Shown one piece after another: positions 20,803-30,414 of a stretch of DNA of 59,961 bases (the first letter of the stretch is position 1; every line of letters begins with the position of its first letter). The notes under the pieces were generated by a model. That model searched no databases, was not told the origin of the DNA, and was given only the letters and a program-made list of their open reading frames with translations. Made by a program: the position numbers and the translations under genes. The DNA lies in contig CAYPJO010000001.1 in NCBI GenBank assembly GCA_964411065.1, positions 9,352 through 69,312 of the forward strand, given 5' to 3'. The stretch is from an uncultured Thermodesulfovibrio sp. (GTDB lineage Bacteria; Nitrospirota; Thermodesulfovibrionia; Thermodesulfovibrionales; Dissulfurispiraceae).

Positions 20803-22896
20803 ATGGCTGTTAGTAATGTTGCAAATATTAGAAACGTAGCTTTAATTGCTCACAGCGGTGCTGGTAAAACCTCTTTGGTTGAGGCAATTTTATATAATGC
20901 AGGTGCAATTGATAGAATGGGTAGTGTTGAAGCAGGGAATACTGTCTCTGATTATGAACCTGAAGAAATCTCAAGAAAAATCAGTATTACATCATCTTTA
21001 TCTTTTTGTGACTGGCGCGGTTCAAGAATAAACTTAATAGATACACCTGGCTTTATAAACTTTATTGAGGACACACGGGGATGCATTAGGATGGCTGACG
21101 GACTCATATTGGTAGTATGCGCTGTCTCCGGCATAAAAGCTGAATCTAAAAAAATATGGAGCTATGCCTCTGAATACAAGATACCTGCAATCGCTTTTGT
21201 GAACAAGTTGGATAAAGAAGCTACAAGTTTTAGTTCTTCAATAGATGAGATAAAAAAATCTCTTGGAATCGATCCTGTTCCTCTTCAAATACCTATTGGG
21301 CAGGGGGATGAATTTAGAGGAGTTATTGACCTAATAAGCATGAAGGGCTATGTGAATGATAATTGTAAGGCATTAGAAATAGCTATACCAGATGAGTACA
21401 AAACCTCCGTTGATGAATATAGAAAAAAACTTATAGAAAAGATTGCAGAAAATGATGATGCCCTTCTTGAAAAATATCTTGAAGGTGAAGAGTTAACAGT
21501 CGAAGAATTGATGCAAGGCTTAAAATCAGCATCAATTTCAAGAAAATTTATACCTGTCTTGGGTGGTTCTGCGACTTCTAATATAGCTATTAGACAGCTT
21601 TTAGATGCAATATTGCTCTGTCTTCCTTCTCCTGTGGAGAGGGCAACTATCGCACCTATTAAAGCTTTGAATAAAAAGGATAGTAGTGAGCATATACTGA
21701 AACCTGTTGCCACAGAACCCTTTATAGCTTATGTTTTTAAGACTATTGCTGATCCCTATGCTGGAAAGCTTTCAGTCTTTAGAGTATTCTCTGGAACTCT
21801 CAAAGCTGACTCGAATATTTTTAATGCAACTTCTGAGGCAAAGGAGAGAGTTGGTCAGGTCTTTAATCTTTTAGGTAAAAGGCAAATACCAGCTCAGTCT
21901 GCAGGTCCTGGTGAGATAGCCGCAGTTGTCAAATTGAAAGATACAAATGTTGGAGACACTTTATGTGATGAACAACATTCCTTTGTAATTGAAAAGGTTA
22001 AATTTGCTGAACCTATAATATCTTATGCTATAGCGCCAAAATCAAAAGGTGACGAGGAAAAAGTCAGCTTAGGTCTCCAGAGAATATTAGAAGAAGACCC
22101 CACACTTAAGTTCTCAAGAGATGAAGAGTCAAAGGAGATGATACTTTCAGGCATGGGACAGGTTCACCTTGAGGTTGCTTTAGAGAAACTTAAGAGAAAA
22201 TTTGGTGTGGATGTTATTATGAAGACCCCTAAGATTCCATACAGAGAGACGATTAGAGCAGCTGCTAAAAGTCAGGGTAAATATAAGAAACAGTCCGGAG
22301 GTCGTGGACAATATGGCGATTGTTGGATTGAGATTGAACCTTTGCCTCGAGGTGAAGGTTACGAATTTATCGACAAGATTGTAGGAGGTGCTATCCCTCA
22401 ACAATACAGGCCTGCTGTAGAAAAAGGAATAATTGAGACCATGAAAGAGGGTATCCTTGCTGGATATCCTATTATAGATATACGTGTCACTTTATTTGAT
22501 GGCTCATATCATACTGTTGATTCTTCTGAAATGGCTTTTAAAATAGCCGGCTCTATGGCACTTAAGAAAGCCTTCATGGAAGCAAAGCCCGTTTTACTTG
22601 AGCCCATTATGAAAGTAGAAGTAATAGTTCCTGAAGATACACTTGGTGCCGTCATTGGTGATTTGAACTCAAAGAGGGGGAAAGTTCAAGGGGTTGATTC
22701 CCAGCCAGATGGTTCTCAAAAAATAACTGCTTTGGTTCCTATGGCTGAAATGCTTGTATACGCTAATCAACTGCATAGTATAACCTCTGGAAGAGGGTTA
22801 TATTCAATGGAATTCTCCCATTATGAAGAAGTCCCTTCACAGATTGCTCAGAAAATAATCGCTGGAAAACAGAAGCACAAAGAAGAAGAACATTAA
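20803..22896 (+). CDS. Elongation factor G family GTPase (EF-G paralogue)
   Basis: G1 AHSGAGKTS, G3 DTPG, G4 NKLD. 697 aa with domains II-V. AGGAGG RBS. Not located in an rpsL-rpsG-fusA context. Confidence 0.9.
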   Translation: MAVSNVANIRNVALIAHSGAGKTSLVEAILYNAGAIDRMGSVEAGNTVSDYEPEEISRKISITSSLSFCDWRGSRINLIDTPGFINFIEDTRGCIRMADGLILVVCAVSGIKAESKKIWSYASEYKIPAIAFVNKLDKEATSFSSSIDEIKKSLGIDPVPLQIPIGQGDEFRGVIDLISMKGYVNDNCKALEIAIPDEYKTSVDEYRKKLIEKIAENDDALLEKYLEGEELTVEELMQGLKSASISRKFIPVLGGSATSNIAIRQLLDAILLCLPSPVERATIAPIKALNKKDSSEHILKPVATEPFIAYVFKTIADPYAGKLSVFRVFSGTLKADSNIFNATSEAKERVGQVFNLLGKRQIPAQSAGPGEIAAVVKLKDTNVGDTLCDEQHSFVIEKVKFAEPIISYAIAPKSKGDEEKVSLGLQRILEEDPTLKFSRDEESKEMILSGMGQVHLEVALEKLKRKFGVDVIMKTPKIPYRETIRAAAKSQGKYKKQSGGRGQYGDCWIEIEPLPRGEGYEFIDKIVGGAIPQQYRPAVEKGIIETMKEGILAGYPIIDIRVTLFDGSYHTVDSSEMAFKIAGSMALKKAFMEAKPVLLEPIMKVEVIVPEDTLGAVIGDLNSKRGKVQGVDSQPDGSQKITALVPMAEMLVYANQLHSITSGRGLYSMEFSHYEEVPSQIAQKIIAGKQKHKEEEH

Positions 22897-22928
22897 ACAG
22901 GAAAACTTCGATCTTCTGAAGGTTACAG

Positions 22929-24308
22929 ATGATTAAAAAACCTTGGTCAGGTAGGTTTAAAGAGAAGACTGCCGATATAGTTGAAGAGTTTACAGAGTCC
23001 ATCTCTTTTGATAAAAAGCTCTGGAAACAGGATATTAAGGGTAGTATAGCTCACGCCAAGATGTTAGCTAAGCAAGGAATAATTACCAATATTGAACTAA
23101 AAAAGATACTCAAAGGCTTAACTGAGATTAATAATGAGATAGAGAAGGGAGAGTTTGAGTTCGATATTAAATTAGAAGACATCCACATGAACATAGAAAC
23201 AGCCTTAATTAAAAAAATAGGCAAAACAGGCGGAAAACTGCATACAGCAAGATCAAGGAATGATCAGGTCTCACTCGATTTAAGGCTGTATTTAAAGGAA
23301 GAAATAGAAGAAATAATTAATTTGCTCGTAAAACTTGAATATGGCTTCATTGAGTTAGCAGAGAAAAACCTTTCAGTCATAATGCCTGGTTATACCCATT
23401 TGCAGAGAGCTCAACCTGTTTTATTATCTCACCACTTGCTTGCTTATGCTCATATGTTTGATAGAGACAGGATAAGGTTAAAAGAGAGCCTAAAAAGGGT
23501 GGCTGTTTCTCCTCTTGGATCTTGTGCATTAGCAGGTACTTCCTTAAATATAGATAGAAAATTTGTCTCTAAAATCTTGGACTTTAACTCAATATCAGAA
23601 AACAGTATCGATTCTGTTTCCGATAGAGATTTTATATTAGAATTTTTGTGTCATTCTTCTATTTTAATGATGCATATCTCCAGACTTGCCGAGGAATTAG
23701 TCCTATGGTCAACCCAAGAATTCTCTTTTATTGAATTCTCTGATGCTTTTACTACAGGATCAAGTATAATGCCCCAAAAGAAAAATCCTGATGTAGCTGA
23801 ACTAATGAGAGGGAAGACAGGTAGAATCTATGGCAATCTAATCAGTTTATTAACAACTATGAAAGGATTGCCTCTCTCTTATAATAGAGACATGCAAGAA
23901 GATAAGGAACCTCTTTTTGATACAGTCGACACCGTCAAAAAGACTATTCATGTCACTATCCAACTTTTGCAAAACATTACCTTCAATGCTAAAAGAATGG
24001 CAGATGTTGCTGGTGAAGGATTTTCTACAGCTACCGATATTGTAGAATATCTTGTTAAGAAAGGGATGCCTTTTAGAAATGCCCATGAAATAACAGGTAA
24101 GATTGTTAAATATTGTATAGATAACAATAAAAAATTAAAAGATCTAAGTCTTGAAGAATACAAAAATTTTTCTGAGCTTTTAGATCTTGATATCTATAAT
24201 TTTATTGACCCCTTTGATTCTATAAATGCAAAAAAATCTCAGGGAGGGACCTCTAAGGAATCGGTTATTCATCAGATAAGCAAACTCAAGGAAAGATTAA
24301 AAAAATGA
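22929..24308 (+). CDS. argH: Argininosuccinate lyase
   Basis: Fumarate-lyase signature GSSIMPQKKNPD. 459 aa. Confidence 0.97.
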   Translation: MIKKPWSGRFKEKTADIVEEFTESISFDKKLWKQDIKGSIAHAKMLAKQGIITNIELKKILKGLTEINNEIEKGEFEFDIKLEDIHMNIETALIKKIGKTGGKLHTARSRNDQVSLDLRLYLKEEIEEIINLLVKLEYGFIELAEKNLSVIMPGYTHLQRAQPVLLSHHLLAYAHMFDRDRIRLKESLKRVAVSPLGSCALAGTSLNIDRKFVSKILDFNSISENSIDSVSDRDFILEFLCHSSILMMHISRLAEELVLWSTQEFSFIEFSDAFTTGSSIMPQKKNPDVAELMRGKTGRIYGNLISLLTTMKGLPLSYNRDMQEDKEPLFDTVDTVKKTIHVTIQLLQNITFNAKRMADVAGEGFSTATDIVEYLVKKGMPFRNAHEITGKIVKYCIDNNKKLKDLSLEEYKNFSELLDLDIYNFIDPFDSINAKKSQGGTSKESVIHQISKLKERLKK

Positions 24309-24491
24309 TCAAACATCACAAAGAAAAAGCTGCAACAAGATCTTTAAGATTCCAGGTTAAATAATCCAAAAAAATAGATTTAAAACATTAAAGAATCATT
24401 GGTTTAATTAAGAAATATCCCTACCCTCCTTCAAACACAAAAAATATTTTTTAAACTTCTATAAATGACTGAAATATCCTTTAATGAAAAT

Positions 24492-24815
24492 TTATTTTGT
24501 TGTGTGAGTTGTTTTTGCAACCTCAGATGAGGATACCTCTGCTTTGGTATTTTGCTTATCAGTAGTAGAGACCTTAGAAGGAGTATACTCTTTTCCGTTA
24601 GAACCCCTTTCAGCTTCTAAAGCTTTTTTCCTTTCTGGAGAAGCATAATCGGTGACATACCAACCTGTTCCTTTTAAAATAAAGCTCGTGTTTGATATTA
24701 GCTTTTTAACTTCACCCTTACAAATAGGACAACTTTTAGGGCTTTGATCATTGAATCTTAACATAATCTCAAATTGCTCACCACATTTTAGACATTTGTA
24801 TTCGTATATTGGCAT
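24492..24815 (-). CDS. FmdB-family zinc-ribbon protein
   Basis: [12 protein letters not shown]...CPICKG CxxC pairs typical of the FmdB putative regulatory family. Low-complexity C-terminal tail. Confidence 0.8.
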   Translation of the reverse strand: MPIYEYKCLKCGEQFEIMLRFNDQSPKSCPICKGEVKKLISNTSFILKGTGWYVTDYASPERKKALEAERGSNGKEYTPSKVSTTDKQNTKAEVSSSEVAKTTHTTK

Positions 24816-25465
24816 CTCTCAAACCCCTCAAGCAGTTTTATTTAAACTAAAATATATTTTAAAACATTTTAAGTTATTAAGCAAAGTCAAGTTACTATAT
24901 TGAGTTATCGTAATCTCTAAACTCAAAAAATATCTCTGCTTCTTGATTTCTTTTTATTTTTAATCACATAAATCAAAAGAGATTACTCTTCTATATCTTA
25001 GTAATCACTTTCTCACCGCTATGATTGCCTACTAAGATAATAATATCTTTTCTCTAAAGCTCTTGAGTAAGAAATTTCTACTCCATAGTTAGACTTCAAA
25101 CTACTTCTTAAACTGCTACTTATATGATAAGGCCAATCAATTTCTTAGGTGGATCTGTAATCTGCTTACTTAAGATTTCTTTAGGATCTAAGAGAAAAAC
25201 TGACCCTTAAAATGAGATTATTCTTTCAACTGGGAAGTCTATTTCTATCCCAACGGTACAGTACTCATGAGATGACACCCAAATGATTTTAAGCCTTTGC
25301 TAAAATCTGAATATTATTTTATTGATTGTGTATTCCTCCATCTTCTTATCGGTGAATAGGGGCTAACTACTAAATCAATAGACTTTTGACATTATTTTTA
25401 AGTAACATAAAATTTAAAATTCTTCGATCAAAATATAGTCTATAATTTCAAAAGATAGGTATGAT

Positions 25466-26509
25466 ATGACTAGACAAAAAATATATGAAACAATAGTGAA
25501 GAATTTACCAATTGGATTTACCACAGTTGACGAAAATGGTATCACTATCGATTTTAACGAAGCAGCTGAAATGATAACAGGTTACAAAAAAGAAGAGGTG
25601 ATTGGTAAACCCCATAACTTAATTTTCCACCCAAAGACAGGCATTGAAGCCTGCCCTTTATTCAAACACGCCCTCATTGACAAGGAATCCATAATAGCTC
25701 AAGAGAAAAAATTTATAAAAAAAACAGGAGATGTTATCACTCTTTTAGTCAGCGTAGCTCCTCTTTTTGATTCGGAAGGTAAGTTCATTGGTGGTGTGGA
25801 AATATTCAGAGATGTTACACATGTTAAACGCCTTGAGAGAGAAAAAAAGAACATCCTCGCAATGTTTGCCCATGATATAAAAAATTCAATTACGAGTTCT
25901 ATAGGTTTTGCAACAAGAATCCTTGCAGGCAAAGCTTCTAATCCAACTGAAGATTTAAGAGTTATCATTGATGAACTCAAAACCGTAGAATACCTCATCT
26001 CGGAATTTCTAGAATTTTCAAAGTTAGAATCAAAGGAAATTACTCCACAACTAAAGGAGTTTGATTTATATAAAATAATCACAAAGCAGATTGATATGAT
26101 CACTGTTGAGGCTAAGAAAAAGAATTTAACAATTTCCTTTATAACTGATGAAATTCCACCAGTTATGATAATGGCAGATGAAACAATGATTAAAAGAGTC
26201 ATATCAAATCTTCTTGATAACGCCGTTAAATATAACAATGTCGGTGGTAACATAATAGTTAAATTAAAAAAGAACAAAAAAGAGGTGCTTATTCAGATTG
26301 AAGATACAGGAATTGGAATACCTGAGGACAAACTACCCTTCATATTCGATGCTTTTTATCGACTCACTCCTAGCACAAAGGGTTCAGGTCTTGGTTTATC
26401 CATAGCCAAACAGATAATAGAGTTGCATGGAGGAAGAATCTGGGCAAAAAGCACTTATATGGAAGGGTCCACTTTTAGCTTTACGATCCCTCTAATTTTG
26501 AAACAATAG
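25466..26509 (+). CDS. Cytoplasmic PAS-domain sensor histidine kinase (orphan)
   Basis: PAS region (GFTTVDENGITIDFNEAAEMITGY), H-box FAHDIKNSITS, N-box LLDNAVKY, G-boxes DTGIGI and GSGLGL. Confidence 0.9.
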   Translation: MTRQKIYETIVKNLPIGFTTVDENGITIDFNEAAEMITGYKKEEVIGKPHNLIFHPKTGIEACPLFKHALIDKESIIAQEKKFIKKTGDVITLLVSVAPLFDSEGKFIGGVEIFRDVTHVKRLEREKKNILAMFAHDIKNSITSSIGFATRILAGKASNPTEDLRVIIDELKTVEYLISEFLEFSKLESKEITPQLKEFDLYKIITKQIDMITVEAKKKNLTISFITDEIPPVMIMADETMIKRVISNLLDNAVKYNNVGGNIIVKLKKNKKEVLIQIEDTGIGIPEDKLPFIFDAFYRLTPSTKGSGLGLSIAKQIIELHGGRIWAKSTYMEGSTFSFTIPLILKQ

Positions 26510-26847
26510 ATATTTTCTCACTTAATTATCAATTTATAGTTCTATGACAATAAATCTTTCAAAAGACTCTTTCTCGTTAGCCTTTCAATTTTTTCATCAG
26601 ATATTCAATGATTGTTTAGTCCTCAATTGAGCCCCTTCCATTTTCTCTGTCTGGATTATTAAAGGTAAAGCTGAAGCAAAGGGTTTAGCATGCTTCCCTA
26701 TCTTCTGTTAATTTACTAAAAATCCCTTCGATTGGTGAGCTAATTCTACAAGATCTTCTTTCACAATATGGTCTTTGCTATTTTTATTTATGTAATCTAT
26801 AATAACTGCAAGGGTTTAAGATATTTAAGATTCTATTCATCTTAAAG

Positions 26848-27909
26848 TTAAGATAAAAGTTGTTTTAATTCTTTTGATGTATAAATACCCTCTACTTTGG
26901 TGAAAGTATAGCCTAGTTGCTTACATTTCTGACACCCTGAGGTATTACAAGAGTCACACTTCTTTGGGGCATACAGATTAATGTAGTAATCTGAGAAATC
27001 CTTAGGCGCCGAATCAGTAGTGTAAATAGCTCGATCATAATTAAGATTCGAAAACTTTAAAGAAAAGTAGGGATACCCATAAAGTAGCTTATCACTGTAA
27101 ATCAAATTCTCATGTTCAGAACATGGCATATCAATAAGAATGGTCTTCGTGGGTAATACTAAACCGTTTAATCCCAAAATGGCTGGATATCTGATATCTT
27201 CAATAATATTAATTAAAGGATAAATCGAAAATAATATAGTCTTAAAATTGTCGTGTATTTCATAGGCATAAGGAATTTCAAGCATACCTAATGCCCCAAA
27301 AACTTCTTCTTTTTTAAAGGTGGTATCAATTTCTGCAATATTTCTCAGTACCCCGTTCCCATACACATTTATCACACTTTTGTGGTGCTGGATGGCGATA
27401 TCAACTCTGTAAAAGCCTGTCTCCTTTATCAAATCCAAGGTTTTTTGTAATACAGAAATAATTGTAGGAGATGCATCTTCTTTAAAAAAGTTTATCAAAG
27501 TATTCTCAATTTTTTTAGCCTCACCAATAGAGATGTTAACCTTTTTACCCAATACATTTTCAATGAAAGCAAAAGCGTTATAGTTAAATATATCGTCTGT
27601 TACGATACATATCTCATCCTCTGTCTCAAATAAGGGTATGACTCTATTCTCTATAAGGAATTTTTTAGTGAATTTTTGTACTAAGTTTTTATCTATATTG
27701 ACATGATCAACTACTACAAAGGGTACATCATACTGCTTACTAAGAATCCATTGTATATTTGCTTCGTCTACTTTTCCAATCTTTACCAATGTCTCTCCTA
27801 ATTTAAGACCCATCAATTTTTGTAATTTAAGTCCCTCCACTAAGTCACTCTCTGTTATAAAACCATAACGTATCAGTAATGAACCAATTTTTTCTCTCTC
27901 TTTACTCAC
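26848..27909 (-). CDS. MshEN (T2SS-E N-terminal) domain protein. GspE/PilB-like but without a Walker A ATPase core.
   Basis: Residues 7-30 (KIGSLLIRYGFITESDLVEGLKLQ) and 36-59 (KLGETLVKIGKVDEANIQWILSKQ) fit the tandem MshEN motif. The C-terminus CDSCNTSGCQKCKQLGY..EGIY resembles the GspE zinc knuckle. There is no GxxxxGK[ST] anywhere. GTG start with GGAG 8 nt upstream. Confidence 0.7.
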   Translation of the reverse strand: MSKEREKIGSLLIRYGFITESDLVEGLKLQKLMGLKLGETLVKIGKVDEANIQWILSKQYDVPFVVVDHVNIDKNLVQKFTKKFLIENRVIPLFETEDEICIVTDDIFNYNAFAFIENVLGKKVNISIGEAKKIENTLINFFKEDASPTIISVLQKTLDLIKETGFYRVDIAIQHHKSVINVYGNGVLRNIAEIDTTFKKEEVFGALGMLEIPYAYEIHDNFKTILFSIYPLINIIEDIRYPAILGLNGLVLPTKTILIDMPCSEHENLIYSDKLLYGYPYFSLKFSNLNYDRAIYTTDSAPKDFSDYYINLYAPKKCDSCNTSGCQKCKQLGYTFTKVEGIYTSKELKQLLS

Positions 27910-27963
27910 AAAATGCTCCTAGCTTATCGGTTAAGATTTAGAGATTATTTTAGTCAATATCTC

Positions 27964-28404
27964 TCACTTTATCTCTTTTATCTTCATAAGAGTATCGAGA
28001 TAAATCTCCTTCTTATTAGGGTTTAGCTCTAAGGCTTTTTTTGCTAAATACTCTGCTTCCTCTAATTTTTGCTTTTTTAGATAGTATATCCATGCAAGGT
28101 TATTATAGGCATCGGAGTTTTCAGGTTTTTCTCTAATAGATTTTTTGTAGTATTTTTCAGCCATATAGAGATCATTTTTAAGAAAATAGGCATTCCCAAG
28201 ATATAAAAAGGCATCAGGACTCTTTTTAGCTGCCTTGTTATATTGTTTTATAGCTTCGTCTAATAACCCTTTATTTTCATAAGCCAAACCGAGAGCGATA
28301 TGCTCATGGGGCGTAAGAGGGTCATCAAGTACGATAATTCGGGGCATAGAACAGCCCCCTAAGATAAGAGTTAGCAGGAAAATAATGAGAATATGTTTTT
28401 TCAT
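27964..28404 (-). CDS. TPR-repeat lipoprotein
   Basis: Lipobox LILGGC, followed by 3 TPR-like repeats (ALGLAYENKGLLDEAIKQYNKA etc.). Confidence 0.75.
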   Translation of the reverse strand: MKKHILIIFLLTLILGGCSMPRIIVLDDPLTPHEHIALGLAYENKGLLDEAIKQYNKAAKKSPDAFLYLGNAYFLKNDLYMAEKYYKKSIREKPENSDAYNNLAWIYYLKKQKLEEAEYLAKKALELNPNKKEIYLDTLMKIKEIK

Positions 28405-28422
28405 ATAAGCATAATTAATAAA

Positions 28423-28986
28423 TCATTCTTTTTTAATCAATAAAGTCCAATAATTGGTCTTTTGCCATATCTTGGTAAAATCTTCAGTCTCTATGAATTT
28501 CCTTTGGGAATTATCAGAGTTAAAAAAAATTCCGTAATCATTATATCCTACTACAACTACATAATGATAATGTTTATAAAAAGAAAAACCATAGTCAACT
28601 AAAACAATAAGCGGATAACCACTCTCTATATGGAATTTTAAATCACTGAGGCTGCCTGAATAGTGAATCCCTTTAAGTCCCTTCTTCTGTGCATAAAGAA
28701 CCATGTCGAGGTTAAGGGTTCCTTTAGCAGATTTACTAAATATTTCTGTAGCTACTTCCTCTGGTGAAGTAAAAATGCCGTGATAGCTCAAAACAGCTGC
28801 TAACGATGCAGGACCGCACTGAAATTCCCTTTGAGGATAGAAAGGTACATTCTCAATAATTTTAAGATTTCTTCCTTGCTTAATCTGGTGTTGAACGCAA
28901 GAAGTGAAAAATAAAAACAAAATTAAGAAAATGAACAGTTTGAAAAGATTTCTACTATACCTAAATTTTTTCATATTTTTATTCAC
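28423..28986 (-). CDS. Papain-like cysteine peptidase lipoprotein (Peptidase C39-like)
   Basis: Lipobox FFTSC. Catalytic-Cys context FQCGPASLAAVL and downstream HYVVVVGY His. Similar architecture to the C39-like/TPR (PA2778-type) proteins. Confidence 0.72.
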   Translation of the reverse strand: MNKNMKKFRYSRNLFKLFIFLILFLFFTSCVQHQIKQGRNLKIIENVPFYPQREFQCGPASLAAVLSYHGIFTSPEEVATEIFSKSAKGTLNLDMVLYAQKKGLKGIHYSGSLSDLKFHIESGYPLIVLVDYGFSFYKHYHYVVVVGYNDYGIFFNSDNSQRKFIETEDFTKIWQKTNYWTLLIKKE

Positions 28987-29233
28987 TAAATATCCCTATC
29001 ATCCATTTTACTCGATATTCTATTTTAAATCTATTAAAATTAAAATGTTAATCACAAAAGAAGAAAAAAAGCACTCTATTGGCTTTTTGTGTTATAAATC
29101 AAATTTTGACAAGAATTTTTGAGTGAAGGATTTTTAAAGTTCTGCAAAATGGATGAGATAATTAACAAGATCTGACAGGATCAAAAGAACAGCATAAAAA
29201 TATAAAATAATGCAAAATTGAAAAACCTTTAGC

Positions 29234-30271
29234 TTACACTTTTCTACCGTAGAGTGCTCTTAATTGGCCACAACCTGCTTCGATATCCCTACCTTTGCTT
29301 TTTCGTATAAAAACGGAAAGATTTTTATCTATCAATCTTTGTTGAAATTCATAAATAGTCTTGTTATCCGAACCTTCCAATATACATCCCTCAAAAGGAT
29401 TAAAAGATATCAAATTAATTTTTGTTTTTGAAGAGATCCCCCTTAGAAGATTAGCTAACTCTTCAGCGTCAACATGAGAATCATTTATGCCTTTCAACAT
29501 CACATACTCAAAGGTTATCCTTCTTCTTGGTTTAAGAGAAAATTTGCTACAAGCTTCTATTAATTGACTTAATGGGTATTTCTTGTTAATTGGCATAATA
29601 TAATCCCTTATATGGTCATTAGGAGCATTTAAAGATACGGCAAGATTCACAGAAGGTGCCTTTTCTACAAGTTCTTTAAACTTAGAGATTATACCAGCAG
29701 TCGAGATTGTTATCCTCCGAGGAGAGAACTTTAAATATTCTACAATTCTCCACAGAGCTTCAACTAAATTATCAAAATTAAGCAAAGGCTCACCCATCCC
29801 CATAAAGACAATATTTAGTATCTTTTTAGGTGCAATTAACCTTGAAACTGTAATTACTTGATCTACTATTTCATGAGGTTCGAGATTCCTCTCAAATTTC
29901 AATTTACCAGTAGCACAAAAAATACACCCCAAAGGACAGCCAACCTGTGAAGATACGCAAAGAGTCAATCTATCATCCTCTTTTATCAAAACGCTCTCAA
30001 TAGATTTACCATCCTGTAGACCAAAAAGAAATTTCTCGGTACCGTCTTGAGAGAATCTCCTTTCTACTAAAATAAGGTTGCTAATGAAAGCCTTTTCAGA
30101 AAATCTCTTTCTGAGTTCCAATGAAAATTCGGTAATTTCAGAGACTGATTGGACGCCTTTCTCATATATCCAATGTATCAGTTGTTTAGTCCTAAACTCA
30201 GGCTCATTGAATTCTCTTATTAAATAACTAATCTCTTTTTCAGACAATGATTTAAGGTCGATTAAACTCAT
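29234..30271 (-). CDS. rlmN: 23S rRNA/tRNA (adenine-C2)-methyltransferase RlmN (radical SAM)
   Basis: CPLGCIFCATG radical-SAM cluster and N-terminal FRTKQLIHWIY. Start set at ATG 30271 (MSLIDLKS) rather than the upstream TTG. Confidence 0.92.
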   Translation of the reverse strand: MSLIDLKSLSEKEISYLIREFNEPEFRTKQLIHWIYEKGVQSVSEITEFSLELRKRFSEKAFISNLILVERRFSQDGTEKFLFGLQDGKSIESVLIKEDDRLTLCVSSQVGCPLGCIFCATGKLKFERNLEPHEIVDQVITVSRLIAPKKILNIVFMGMGEPLLNFDNLVEALWRIVEYLKFSPRRITISTAGIISKFKELVEKAPSVNLAVSLNAPNDHIRDYIMPINKKYPLSQLIEACSKFSLKPRRRITFEYVMLKGINDSHVDAEELANLLRGISSKTKINLISFNPFEGCILEGSDNKTIYEFQQRLIDKNLSVFIRKSKGRDIEAGCGQLRALYGRKV

Positions 30272-30414
30272 ACTAATATTTTGTAAAATTCCGTACCAGA
30301 AGAGCAATATAATAGCACCGTTATAGGTAGGTGTACTTAATCTCTTTCAGATCTTTATGAACTAAAGTATGAAGACACCACTTGAGAGGATAAAATAGCT
30401 TTCAGATGACCCTT

